DNA of 37,629 bases. Source: Candidatus Tectimicrobiota bacterium (lineage in GTDB: Bacteria > JACPUC01). Under the pieces are notes generated by a model. That model was not told the DNA's origin, did not search any database, and saw only the letters and a list, made by a program, of their open reading frames with translations. Positions 18,402 through 28,936 of the stretch are shown piece after piece (positions within the stretch are counted from its first letter, which is position 1; every line of letters begins with the position of its first letter). The stretch is taken from the NCBI GenBank assembly GCA_016192455.1, contig JACPUC010000021.1, positions 62,001 to 99,629 of the forward strand. Reading direction: 5' to 3'. The translations under genes were made by a program, and so were the position numbers.

Positions 18402-19043
18402 TTACGGTTGCACTGGTTCAGCTTCGCCCGCGAACTGCCGCTCGGCCTCGCTCCGGGCAGCCTCAGCCTTGGCGGCGGCCTCCCGCGCCATCTCCTTGGT
18501 GGGGGGCTTGGGGATGAAGATGCTGCTCATCTGCCGCCCCTCCTGCCTGGGGGTCTGCTCCAGCACCGCGGCATCATCGAGGGCCGCACTGACGCGGTCG
18601 AGGAGACGCCTCCCCAGATCGAGGTGCATCATCTCACGCCCACGAAACACCACGGTCATCTTGACTTTGTTCCCTTCCCCAAGGAATCGGCGGGCATAGT
18701 TCAGCTTTACCCCCACGTCGTGCTCGTCGGTCTTGGGTGTCAGCTTCACTTCCTTGAGGAGCTGATTCTTCTGCTTCCTCTTCGCCTGATGCGTGCGCTT
18801 GCTCTGCTGGTACTTGAACTTGCCGTAGTCCATGATGCGGCACACGGGGGGACGCTCGTTGGGAGCCACCTCGACGAGGTCCAGACCCTGCTCTTCCGCC
18901 ATGGCGCGCGCTTCAGGCACCGCAAGCACCCCAAGCTGCTTGCCGTCAGGGTCGATCACCCGCACCTCCCTGACGCGGATCATGTGGTTAATCCGGTATC
19001 CACCGCTGCGATTGGCTATACCGCTACGTTCGATCCGATTGAT
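18402..19043 (-). CDS. infC: Translation initiation factor IF-3 (non-AUG start, ATC 19043 or ATA 19019)
   Basis: RINHMIRVREVRVI, LDLVEVAP, PPVCRIMDYGKFKY and FRGRE. The frame is open up to a TGA at 19052-19050, and GAGGAGG lies 9 nt before the in-frame ATC. Confidence 0.95.
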   Translation of the reverse strand: MNRIERSGIANRSGGYRINHMIRVREVRVIDPDGKQLGVLAVPEARAMAEEQGLDLVEVAPNERPPVCRIMDYGKFKYQQSKRTHQAKRKQKNQLLKEVKLTPKTDEHDVGVKLNYARRFLGEGNKVKMTVVFRGREMMHLDLGRRLLDRVSAALDDAAVLEQTPRQEGRQMSSIFIPKPPTKEMAREAAAKAEAARSEAERQFAGEAEPVQP

Positions 19044-20991
19044 TAGCTGTCACCTCCTCGGAGTTCGTGCGGCAGTCGATGACCTGGCGCAGCCGCGCGA
19101 TCGCCGCGTCGACGGCAAAGACGCCAAGGTGACCGGCGCGGCGATGCCGCAGCGCCACACTGCCCGCTGCCATCTCCTGGTCGCCCAGGACGAACATGTA
19201 GGGAACCTGCTCGATCTGCGCTTCCCGAACCTTCAGGGAGACCTTCTCGTTGCGGAAGTCGCCTTCAGCCCGCACGCCGGCCGCCAGCAGGGCGTCGAGA
19301 ACGCGCTGCGCGGCTGGGATGTGGCGATCCGTGATGGTGAGCACCTTCGCCTGCACCGGCGCCAGCCAGGTCGGGAAGGCGCCGGCGTAGTGCTCGGTGA
19401 GGCCGCCGATGAAGCGCTCCATGGAGCCGAGCGTGGTGCGATGGATCATCACCACGTGGTGCTCCTGACTGTCCGATCCCACGTACGTGATATTGAACCG
19501 CTTCGGCAGGTTGAAATCGAACTGAATGGTGGGGCCTTGCCAGCCGCGCCCCAGGGCATCCAGCATCTTGATGTCGATCTTGGGGCCGTAGAAGACGGCC
19601 TCCCCCTCCTGGCGCTTGGCCGGGATGCCGAGCTTATCGAGACCCGCGCCGAGGGCGCGCTCGGCCATCAGCCACTCGGCGTCGCTGCCGGCATACTTCT
19701 CGGGGTGCTCGGGGTCGCGCACGCTGAGCTCGATCTGAAAGTTCTCGTAGCCGAAGGTGCGCAGCATCTCGAGGGCGAACTGCAGGACCTTGTCGATCTC
19801 CTCGTGCACCTGCTCGGGGGTGCAGAAGATATGCGCGTCGTCCTGGGTGAAGCCGCGCACGCGCAGCATGCCGTGCAGGGCGCCGGAGCGCTCGTAGCGG
19901 TAAACGGTGCCCAGTTCGGCGAACTTGATCGGCAGCTCGCGGTAGCTGTGCCGGCGCGACTGGTAGATGAGGATGTGCCCTGGGCAGTTCATCGGCTTCA
20001 GGACGTACTCATCGCTGTCGATCTCCAGCACGTACATGTTGTCGCGATAGTAGTCGTAATGCCCGGAGGTCCTGAAGAGCACATCCCTGGCGATGTGCGG
20101 GATGATGACGAGCTGGTAGCCGCGCCGCACGTGCTCGTCTTCCCAGAAGCGCTCGATGACCTTGCGCAGCGTCGCCCCCTTGGGGAGCCAGTAGATGAGC
20201 CCGGCGCCGGCCCGCTCGTCGGTGAGGAAGAGGCCGAGCTGGCGGCCGAGGAGGCGATGGTCGCGCTTCTTGGCCTCTTCCAGCCGCTGGAGGTGCTCCC
20301 GCACCTGCTTGGCGCTGGGGTACGAGGTGCCGTAGATGCGCTGCAGCATGGGGTTGCGCTCGTCCCCGCGCCAGTATGCGCCGGCCACGCTCAGCAGCTT
20401 TACGGCCGGGATTTGCCCGGTGGAACGCACGTGCGGACCGCGGCAGAGATCGACGAAGTCGCCTTCGCGGTAAAGCGAGACGGTGTCCTCCGCGAGCTGC
20501 TCGAGCATCTCCACTTTGTAGGTCTCGCCGCGGGCCTGGAACAGCGCGATGGCCTCCTGGCGCGGCACCTCCTGGCGCACGAAGGGGTGATCGGCGGCGA
20601 TGATCTCCTGCATGCGCTGCTCGATGGCTTCGAGATCGGCCTCGGTGAACGGGCGCTTGTAGTCGAAGTCGTAGTAGTACCCCTCGGCGAGCGGCGGCCC
20701 GATGGTGATCTTGGCGCCGGCAAAGAGGTCCTGCACGGCGTGGGCCATGATGTGCGTGCTGCTGTGCCGGAAGACCTCGCGCCCCTCCTCATCGTCGAAG
20801 GAGAGGAAGGCCACGTGGTCGCCCGGCTGGGCTGGGGCGCTCAGATCGACGACCTTGCCGTTCTGCTTGGCGGCGACGACCTGCCGGTACTTGGGCGGCT
20901 TGACGAGGTGCAGAACCTCGGCGAGGGTCGCACCCTCCGGCACGCCGCAGGTGCGGCCGTCGGCCAGCGTCACCTCGATCTCGGTGGCCAT
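19024..20991 (-). CDS. thrS: Threonine--tRNA ligase
   Basis: TGS domain, RHSSTHIMA, DLCRGPHV, RDHRLLG, LKPMNCPGH, RVRGFTQDDAH and FYGPKID. Confidence 0.99.
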   Translation of the reverse strand: MATEIEVTLADGRTCGVPEGATLAEVLHLVKPPKYRQVVAAKQNGKVVDLSAPAQPGDHVAFLSFDDEEGREVFRHSSTHIMAHAVQDLFAGAKITIGPPLAEGYYYDFDYKRPFTEADLEAIEQRMQEIIAADHPFVRQEVPRQEAIALFQARGETYKVEMLEQLAEDTVSLYREGDFVDLCRGPHVRSTGQIPAVKLLSVAGAYWRGDERNPMLQRIYGTSYPSAKQVREHLQRLEEAKKRDHRLLGRQLGLFLTDERAGAGLIYWLPKGATLRKVIERFWEDEHVRRGYQLVIIPHIARDVLFRTSGHYDYYRDNMYVLEIDSDEYVLKPMNCPGHILIYQSRRHSYRELPIKFAELGTVYRYERSGALHGMLRVRGFTQDDAHIFCTPEQVHEEIDKVLQFALEMLRTFGYENFQIELSVRDPEHPEKYAGSDAEWLMAERALGAGLDKLGIPAKRQEGEAVFYGPKIDIKMLDALGRGWQGPTIQFDFNLPKRFNITYVGSDSQEHHVVMIHRTTLGSMERFIGGLTEHYAGAFPTWLAPVQAKVLTITDRHIPAAQRVLDALLAAGVRAEGDFRNEKVSLKVREAQIEQVPYMFVLGDQEMAAGSVALRHRRAGHLGVFAVDAAIARLRQVIDCRTNSEEVTANQSDRT

Positions 20992-21189
20992 ACCCCACAG
21001 CTCTTTCTAAGTCGCGGAGCCTCCTGGCGCGCGGCGGCGCACCGCGGCTCCAAACATAACAGGCATCCCGAGGCCAAGGAATGCTCGCAGATGCCTGCTG
21101 AGACAGCTCGGTTCCACGACGTCACGAACGGCACCGCACGCTGACGCGCTGCGCTGGCCCCTCTGGATTCCGCCACGCTGACTCGTGCA

Positions 21190-21264
21190 TGGTAGGCACG
21201 GGCGGTTTCGAACCGCCGACCTCTTGCGCGTCAAGCAAGCGCTCTCCCCCTGAGCTACGTGCCT
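21190..21264 (-). tRNA. tRNA-Val (GAC)
   Basis: AGGCACG acceptor stem, TAGCTCAG D-arm, anticodon arm CTTGC-TTGACGC-GCAAG, GGTTCGAAACC T-arm, encoded 3' ACCA; 75 nt. Confidence 0.97.
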
Positions 21265-21286
21265 CCACGGTCTGCGGAATGAAAAA

Positions 21287-21315
21287 ACGCTACAACGTTA
21301 GCGCGGCGTTGTCAA
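21287..21315 (-). promoter_or_regulatory. Sigma70 promoter for tRNA-Val/thrS
   Basis: Minus strand TTGACA (21315-21310), 17-nt spacer, TAGCGT (21292-21287). Confidence 0.65.
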
Positions 21316-21342
21316 GGCAAATGAGCGCCTGACGGCGATGTC

Positions 21343-22629
<1,287 letters not shown>

Positions 22630-22766
22630 AGGGCATTCCTTTCGAAGCCTCGCCTCTCTCCTCGAAGGGGAGCGTCAAAGGAGGCCCCTCGGGAGAGGTG
22701 GCGAACCCCGCCGCGCCAGCGACGCCGCTCCGCGCTGGGTCAGGCTGAGCGAGCTGGTCCGCTTCC

Positions 22767-23402
22767 CTATTTCTTCCCGTCCGATTCTGGGCTGCCTGCC
22801 GATGGGGTCCGCGACGTGATCACGTTGTCGATGATGCCATAATCCTTGGCCTGCTCACCGGTCATGAAGAAATCGCGGTCCGTGTCCTGCTTCACCTTTT
22901 TCAAGGATTGGCCCGTATGTTTGGCGAAGATACCATCGAGGCTATCGCGCATGCGCAGGATCTCGCGCGCCTGGATGTCCACATCGGTGGCCTGCCCCTG
23001 GAAGCCGCCCAGGGGCTGATGGATCATGATGCGCGAGTTCGGCAGGGCGAAGCGCTTGCCGTGCTCGCCGGCGGCCAGCAGCAGCGACCCCATGCTAGCG
23101 GCCTGCCCGATGCAGATGGTCTGCACGTCCGGCCTGATGTACTGCATGGTGTCGTAGATCGCCAACCCCGCCGTCACCAGCCCGCCGGGACAGTTGACGT
23201 AGAGGAAGATGTCCTGCTCCGGCTCCTCGGCCTCCAGAAAGAGCAACTGGGCAATGATCACGTTCGCCACGTGGTCATCAATCGGCGTTCCCAAGAATAC
23301 GATGCGGTCCTTCAGAAGGCGCGAGTAAATGTCGTACGAGCGCTCACCGCGATTGGTCTGCTCAACCACGAACGGAATAACTTGCGCATGCTCTCTCATC
23401 AT
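22767..23402 (-). CDS. clpP: ATP-dependent Clp protease proteolytic subunit
   Basis: [18 protein letters not shown] (catalytic Ser), MIHQP and DTDRD. Confidence 0.99.
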   Translation of the reverse strand: MMREHAQVIPFVVEQTNRGERSYDIYSRLLKDRIVFLGTPIDDHVANVIIAQLLFLEAEEPEQDIFLYVNCPGGLVTAGLAIYDTMQYIRPDVQTICIGQAASMGSLLLAAGEHGKRFALPNSRIMIHQPLGGFQGQATDVDIQAREILRMRDSLDGIFAKHTGQSLKKVKQDTDRDFFMTGEQAKDYGIIDNVITSRTPSAGSPESDGKK

Positions 23403-23420
23403 CTTCAGTCCTTGCCTCTG

Positions 23421-24749
23421 TTACTTCGGAATCAGTTCCTCGGAGGCACCACCCCTCTCGGCAGGCACCACCTCCTCGGCAACCGAGACGCTGCTCAAAA
23501 TTGCCTGGTAGGCTTTCTCTTCTAGCAGTTGCATCCGCAAGAGGTCATAGGTGCCGTTTTCGCGCATCGATGACTTCAAGGTGCCGAGATGCTTGTTCGT
23601 CTGCTCGGCCAGGGTTCGCACCTCGGCATCGAGCGTCTCGTCATCGACCTCCAGGCCTTCCTGCCTTGCCACAGCTTGAAGCAAAAGCGATGCCTTCGCT
23701 CGGTGCCGGGCTTCGGGACGGAGCTGCTCGCGCAGCGGCGCCACCTCCTGGTGCACCTGACTCGACGACAAGCCGCTCGCCCGCAGGCGACGCTGGTACT
23801 CCGCCAGCATCTGGCTCGTGTGCTCCTCCACCAGCGCTTCGGGCACCTCGAAGAGGTTGCGCTCCAGCAACGCCTCCAGGATCGTCCGGCGCAGTTGCCG
23901 CTCGGAGGTCTCTCGCGCTGTCTGCTGAAGGCTTTCCAGCAATTGCCCGCGCAGGTGCTCGAGGGACTCATACGCTCCCAGCGACTGCGCAAAGGTGTCA
24001 TCAAGCTCTGGAAGAGTCGCTTTCTTCAGCTCCTTCAGGGTCACCTGACACAGCGCGGTTTTCCCCGCAAGCTTGTCATTCTGATAGTCTGGCGGAAAGG
24101 AGAGATCAAACTGCCGGGTCTCGCCTGGACGCATCCCCAGCACGGTCCGTTCGAAGTCAGGCAACAGCCGCCCGCGCCCAAGCAAGGCCGTGTAATCGGT
24201 GGCTCCGCCGTCCTCCACCGCCGCGCCATCGAGGCTCAACGTGTAGTCGAGCCGCACGAAGTCGTGGGCTTCCACGCCGCGGTCGCTCACGGCTTCCAGT
24301 TCGGCTTGACGTTCGCGCCAGGCTTCGAGCTGCCGGTTCACCTCCTCCTCCCCCACCTCCTGGACGGAGCGGGTAAAGCTGAGGCCGCGATAGTCCCCCA
24401 CCTCCACCTCAGGCAGAATCTCGACGGTGGCGGTGAAGGTGAAGGGCGCGTCCGCATGCAGGTCCACATCCTCAACCTTGGGTTCCCCAACGACCTTCAG
24501 CCCCTGCTCGGCGATCGCCTTGCCGTAAGCCTCGGGGATGAGCCACTGCAGTACCTCGCTCTCCACGTCGCTGCGATAATACTGCCGCAAGATGCGGCGA
24601 GGCGCTTTGCCCGGCCGGAACCCCTTGATTTTCACTCGCTTGGAGATCGCCGCGTAGGCGCGGTCAAACGCCGCCGCCACCTCCTCGGCGGACACCTCCA
24701 CCGCGAGCTTCTTCACACACGCTGCGAGGTCTTGCGCTTCGACTTTCAT
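23421..24749 (-). CDS. tig: Trigger factor
   Basis: GFRPGKAP signature, FKBP domain (FPPDYQNDKLAGK), upstream of clpP. ATG 24749 chosen. Confidence 0.96.
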   Translation of the reverse strand: MKVEAQDLAACVKKLAVEVSAEEVAAAFDRAYAAISKRVKIKGFRPGKAPRRILRQYYRSDVESEVLQWLIPEAYGKAIAEQGLKVVGEPKVEDVDLHADAPFTFTATVEILPEVEVGDYRGLSFTRSVQEVGEEEVNRQLEAWRERQAELEAVSDRGVEAHDFVRLDYTLSLDGAAVEDGGATDYTALLGRGRLLPDFERTVLGMRPGETRQFDLSFPPDYQNDKLAGKTALCQVTLKELKKATLPELDDTFAQSLGAYESLEHLRGQLLESLQQTARETSERQLRRTILEALLERNLFEVPEALVEEHTSQMLAEYQRRLRASGLSSSQVHQEVAPLREQLRPEARHRAKASLLLQAVARQEGLEVDDETLDAEVRTLAEQTNKHLGTLKSSMRENGTYDLLRMQLLEEKAYQAILSSVSVAEEVVPAERGGASEELIPK

Positions 24750-24898
24750 GTATCCACAGGAGATCAATGCGACAGGATTGCGCTAGGGGAGCATCTCCCA
24801 AAACCAACCGTACCGTTCCGGGCCGGCGGCGCGCCGGCATCGCGCGCCCCGCACCAATGAGGAGAACCGAACGACGCTACTATAAGCTGCCTGCACAC

Positions 24899-24927
24899 AA
24901 TATACAACGGCGTTTCCAGGCCGCCAA
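24899..24927 (-). promoter_or_regulatory. Possible promoter for tig-clpP-clpX
   Basis: Minus strand TTGGCG, 17-nt spacer, TATATT. Confidence 0.4.
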
Positions 24928-25166
24928 GGGAAGAATCTGCCGGCAGCCGGCAGCGCGGGCTGGGGTGGCTTCTCGTCCAGCGCCGCGCGCCGCGACGCGC
25001 CACGCTCGCAGCGCTGCCTCAAGGCATTGTACGGTTTCGCCCCCCACCTCGTCGCCCGCCTACCGCAACGCAGTGGCAGGCAGTTCCCCATGGGCCTTCG
25101 GCCCACCCGCAAGGTCATGAAAATAAGCGGACACTTCTTTCTCAGCAGGCTTCCATCCTATCGACC

Positions 25167-25194
25167 GTAGGGGCGGTTCGCGAACCGCCCCTGC
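25167..25194. repeat. GTAG-type REP-like palindrome
   Basis: GTAGGGGCGGTTCGCGAACCGCCCCTGC; perfect 24-nt palindrome at 25169-25192 starting within a GTAG tetranucleotide. Confidence 0.75.
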
Positions 25195-25208
25195 CAGCGG
25201 GATGCAAA

Positions 25209-25270
25209 GAACCACTGATGAACACGGATGGCCACTGATATTTCTGTGAACCCGCGTCCATCAGCGGTTC
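25209..25270. repeat. Imperfect inverted repeat (ACCACTGATGAACACGGAT-type)
   Basis: GAACCACTGATGAACACGG 25209-25227 versus CCGCGTCCATCAGCGGTTC 25252-25270: 16 of 19 complementary, and the other three are G-U on the minus strand. Confidence 0.7.
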
Positions 25271-25283
25271 CTCCCCCTACCTT

Positions 25284-25347
25284 CTCGGCGTTCTCTGCGT
25301 CTCTGCGGTGCAATCCATTCCACCGCAGAGGCGCAGAGAGCGCCGAG
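25284..25347. repeat. 27-bp inverted repeat (CACCGCAGAGGCGCAGAG-type)
   Basis: CTCGGCGTTCTCTGCGTCTCTGCGGTG, 10-nt loop, CACCGCAGAGGCGCAGAGAGCGCCGAG: 25 of 27 Watson-Crick pairs plus 2 G-U on the plus strand. Confidence 0.85.
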
Positions 25348-25681
25348 GTGGAGGGAGGCTGGCCGCACGACCGTCAGCCTCATCCTGGCGCAAAATCAAC
25401 CACCTACGCGCCTATTTTCGAGGTAGGGTGGGGGGAGGATGGAGATGGTTCCTCCTTGCTTCCTATGCGGCCGATTGGAGGGCGCCGCGGAGGAGCCATG
25501 CGAGCGGTCTGCCTCGGACAAGAAAGCCGTCACCACCGCAGGGAGTACGTACCTCGCTGAAAGACCGGGTTCCGAGCCGACGCGGCGCGCGCTCAACTTG
25601 CTCGGCGGCGCATGGCGCCGCATAATCGCCGCTGCCCTGAACGGTTAGCGCGACCATCCACGTCATGCAGGAGCCTACGCC

Positions 25682-25927
25682 ATGACAGCGTTCATGCGCA
25701 CTCTCAAGGCGGTGAGCAGCAACTGTTACCTGTTACTGCTCCTCTCTCTCATCCTCTTCATCACCAGCATGTTCGAGGCCTGGGAGACCCTCGCCGAGGA
25801 CCTCAGCAACCTCAACCTTGGCGCGCACCACGGCCTGGCCATCTTGGGCCTGTTCAACCTCGCCAAGGTTCTGCCGGATGTCTTCGAAAGCCTGGAGTGG
25901 GTGACAGAAACCGAAGAAAAGGAGTAG
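25682..25927 (+). CDS. Small membrane protein, 81 aa, two predicted TM helices
   Basis: RBS AGGAG; hydrophobic segments YLLLLLSLILFITSM and HHGLAILGLFNLAKVL; codon usage like neighbouring genes. Confidence 0.75.
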   Translation: MTAFMRTLKAVSSNCYLLLLLSLILFITSMFEAWETLAEDLSNLNLGAHHGLAILGLFNLAKVLPDVFESLEWVTETEEKE

Positions 25928-26106
25928 GCGGAAAGCCGCTGCCCCCGTCACCGGCGCGCGCCGTATCCGCCGGCTTCAGCTCGGGCGCGCGGATTGCGGA
26001 GAGGCCCTGTGGTTTCGGCAGGGTGGCGGGAGGTTCTGGTCCAGGCACGGACGCGGGGACGGCTGAGAGCGACGAGAGCGCGCGGCGCCTGCCGGCGTGA
26101 CCGCCC

Positions 26107-27000
26107 CTAGTCAAGCAGGTTCGCCTCGATGATGCGCTCGGTGCTGAAGTCGGGGAGCTGGAGGTAGTAGCGCACGATGTCCTGCAGGGCTTTTTGGGGG
26201 ATGAGGCCGATGAGCTCGGTGCCGGAGACGCGCACGCCGTAACGGTGCGCTTCGGTCTTCACGGCCTCCACGCCGCGGGAGATGGGGGTCTTCTCGTAGT
26301 CGGTGAAGTTCATCGCCACCTGCACCAGGCCGCTGCGCCGCAGGCTGACGCCGATCGCCTGCAGGTGCGGCAGTCCGCCACCCGACTCTCGCACGCCGCG
26401 GGCGATGGCCCGGGCGATCTCCACGTTCGAGGTCTCCAGGTTGACGTTGAAAGCGATGAGGGGGCGGCGCGCTCCGACGGCGGTGGCGCCGACCTTGGCG
26501 TTGAAGGTCTGCGGGCCGGCATCGACGCGCCAGGCGGGCTGCTGGAGCCGCCTCGACAGGCTCTCATACTGTCCGCGGCGAATGAACGGCAGGCTGCGGC
26601 GCTCGGCGGAGGTGGCCGCCTCGCCGTAGAAGAAGACCGGCACGCCGGCGCGGCGCCCGAACTCGTGGCCGAACTCGCGCGCCATCCCCGTGGCCTCCTG
26701 CATGGTGAGGCTGCGGATCGGCACGAAGGGGACCACGTCCACGGCGCCGATGCGCGGGTGCTCGCCGTGGTGCCGCCGCAAGTCGATGCGCTCGACCGCC
26801 ACCAACGCCGCCGCCAGGGCCGCCTCGCCGACGCCGGCCGGCTCGCCCATGAAGGTGAAGACGCTGCGGTGGTGATCAACGTTGGCGCTGTAGTCGAGCA
26901 GCTTCACCCCGCGGACGTTGCGGATGCTTGCGGCGATTGCCTCGAGGGTTTCCGCGTCCCGGCCTTCACTGAAGTTGGGCACACACTCAAGCACCTGCAA
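26107..27000 (-). CDS. ftcD: Glutamate formimidoyltransferase (stand-alone FT domain)
   Basis: LECVPNFSEGR, DHHRSVFT, IDLRRHHGEHPRIGAVDVVPFVP, GARRPLIAFNVNL and ELIGLIP. TTG start after AAGGAGG. Confidence 0.95.
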   Translation of the reverse strand: MQVLECVPNFSEGRDAETLEAIAASIRNVRGVKLLDYSANVDHHRSVFTFMGEPAGVGEAALAAALVAVERIDLRRHHGEHPRIGAVDVVPFVPIRSLTMQEATGMAREFGHEFGRRAGVPVFFYGEAATSAERRSLPFIRRGQYESLSRRLQQPAWRVDAGPQTFNAKVGATAVGARRPLIAFNVNLETSNVEIARAIARGVRESGGGLPHLQAIGVSLRRSGLVQVAMNFTDYEKTPISRGVEAVKTEAHRYGVRVSGTELIGLIPQKALQDIVRYYLQLPDFSTERIIEANLLD

Positions 27001-27316
27001 CGTGGCTTCCTCCTTGGGCGTGGACGTCGACAGATGGAAGAACCGGCTGAACGGCTGATCTCAGCGTGGGGGCCAGGGCGCAAGGCACTGACGAGGGAGG
27101 AGAGACGAGGCTTTAGAAACAAGGCGCTGAAACGCGGCGAATTCCGGTCTACGCCTTCACCCACATATACCGCCTTTCCCATTGAAGTGCAAGGTCTGCT
27201 GGAGGGAGTACGGCGCGGCCTCGAGCGCGGGCCGTGGCGCGGGGCAAGGGACGCGTCGCCCGATGCCCGCCCTGGGAGGAATGGCGTGGCCCCCTCTCTC
27301 CCCTGAGCTCTCGATT

Positions 27317-27325
27317 TGCTATACT
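27317..27325 (+). promoter_or_regulatory. Possible extended -10 promoter
   Basis: TGcTATACT about 130 nt upstream of the ATG at 27453. Confidence 0.35.
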
Positions 27326-27452
27326 GAAAAGGGATTGTCGCCAACTTCGGTTGCTGCTTCAGCCTTGCGCCGCTGATGTGGCGACGGCGCCGTTGTTGGC
27401 CGAGGCCGCGCAATGGCGCGCCTCCCCCCTACCGCATGAATGGAAGGAAGGT

Positions 27453-27662
27453 ATGACGCAATCCTGCGCCCGCTGCGGCGCCTCCGGCGCCCATGTGTTT
27501 CGCCGCCACTACGTCGCGCCGCATGGCGAAGGGGAGGCGCTGCGACTCGAGGTTGAGGAGCTGGTGCTCTGCCGGCCCTGTTTCCTGGAGATCGGCAAGA
27601 AGGTCGGCGTGGAGCGGCGCGCCCTCTTCGAAGAGCTGCGCCAGCGCACCCCGCACGCCTAG
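27453..27662 (+). CDS. Small CxxC...CxxC (putative zinc-binding) protein, 69 aa
   Basis: MTQSCARCG...LCRPCFLE; purine-rich RBS GGAAGGAAGG before ATG 27453. Confidence 0.7.
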   Translation: MTQSCARCGASGAHVFRRHYVAPHGEGEALRLEVEELVLCRPCFLEIGKKVGVERRALFEELRQRTPHA

Positions 27663-27773
27663 CCCGCGCTCGCTGGCAAGGGAATGCGGGTTGCGGCGCC
27701 CGGGCACCCGCCGCGCCCGCGCTCAGCGGCTGGGGGCTTCCTTGTCTCCCCTCCTCGTGGATGCTCCTGCAAC

Positions 27774-27971
27774 GTGGACGAAGATGAACTGCGGGAAGTG
27801 CTGCGTCACGTCCTTACGGAGCTGAAAAAGCTGCGCCAGGAGGTCGATGCGCTGCGGCAGGCGGCAGGCAGGGCGCACCAGCGTGGCCGCGCGGTCGCCG
27901 TGGTCGCCATGCTGGCGTTCCTCCTGGGGATCGCGGCGGTGGCCTGGGCGGCGATCAGGGCGATGCTGTAG
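27774..27971 (+). CDS. Small coiled-coil protein with C-terminal TM anchor, about 65 aa
   Basis: (M)DEDELREVLRHVLTELKKLRQEVDALR followed by hydrophobic AVAVVAMLAFLLGIAAVAWAAI. GTG start with a weak RBS. Confidence 0.6.
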   Translation: MDEDELREVLRHVLTELKKLRQEVDALRQAAGRAHQRGRAVAVVAMLAFLLGIAAVAWAAIRAML

Positions 27972-28079
27972 CGTGCGGAGTTCAGGAAGATGCCTCCGGA
28001 GTTGTGCCTGCGCCTCGCTGACGGCTGACCAAAACGCGGCGCCTCACCACCGCGCCACCCCGCGGGTGCTTTTTGGCGT

Positions 28080-28709
28080 ATGGGATTCTACGCGGACTGC
28101 ATTTTTCCGTGGCTGATGGACCTGAGCATGCGCTCGGAGTCGATCTCGGCGGAGCGGCGGCGCGTGCTGCGCGACGTGGCCGGCGACGTGCTGGAGATCG
28201 GCTTCGGCACCGGCCTGAACCTGCCGCACTACGTCGTGGGACCCGACGGCGTGCGCAGCCTCACGGCGCTCGACCCGTCACGGGGCATGGCGAAGCGGGC
28301 GGCGCGACGGCTGCGGCAGGCGCCCCTTGCGGTGCGGCTTGAGGTGCTGCCGGCGGAGCGCCTGCCGTTCGCGGACGAGCAGTTCGACGCCGCGGTGAGC
28401 ACCTGGACGCTCTGCTCCGTCGCCGACCCGGCCCCTGCCTTGGCGGGCCTGCGCCGCGTGCTGAAGCGCGGCGGCCGGTTCTTTTTCCTCGAGCATGGCC
28501 GCGCCCAGGCCGAACACCTGCGGCGCTGGCAGGACCGTTTGAATCCCCTGCAACGCCGCATCGCCTGCGGCTGCAACCTGAACCGCGACATCGAGGGCCT
28601 CGTCAGCCAGAGCGGCTTGCGGATCATCGAGCTCGAGCGCTACTTCCTGCCTCGCGTGCCGAAAATCGTCGGCAGCATGTACCGCGGCGTGGCCGTGCGC
28701 GACGGGTAA
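28080..28709 (+). CDS. Class I SAM-dependent methyltransferase (Methyltransf_11 type)
   Basis: VLEIGFGTGLN, AERLPFADEQFD, WTLCSV, RVLKRGG, FLEHG and GCNLNRDI. Confidence 0.93.
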   Translation: MGFYADCIFPWLMDLSMRSESISAERRRVLRDVAGDVLEIGFGTGLNLPHYVVGPDGVRSLTALDPSRGMAKRAARRLRQAPLAVRLEVLPAERLPFADEQFDAAVSTWTLCSVADPAPALAGLRRVLKRGGRFFFLEHGRAQAEHLRRWQDRLNPLQRRIACGCNLNRDIEGLVSQSGLRIIELERYFLPRVPKIVGSMYRGVAVRDG

Positions 28710-28936
28710 CGGTTAGCCCCATCATGCTCCGCAGAGATGGTTGCTGTCTTTCTCGAAGGGAGGATGCGAGGGAACATGGTCCCCTCGCGCACCCCAATTA
28801 CGCGAGGTCCTGCGCAGCTCGCGCTGACATGCGGCGTGGGGCTTCGAGGAGCTGAGAAAAACAACCTTCCTTAGAATCCATTCCAGGAATTGGATTCTTC
28901 CGGGAATCTTCCACGCATGACGAAAGGGGGCTCGTC

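Noticed and set aside
20992-21189. T-box riboswitch ahead of thrS
   Set aside because: Hairpins are present but there is no T-box consensus (AGGGTGGNACC) or specifier stem.
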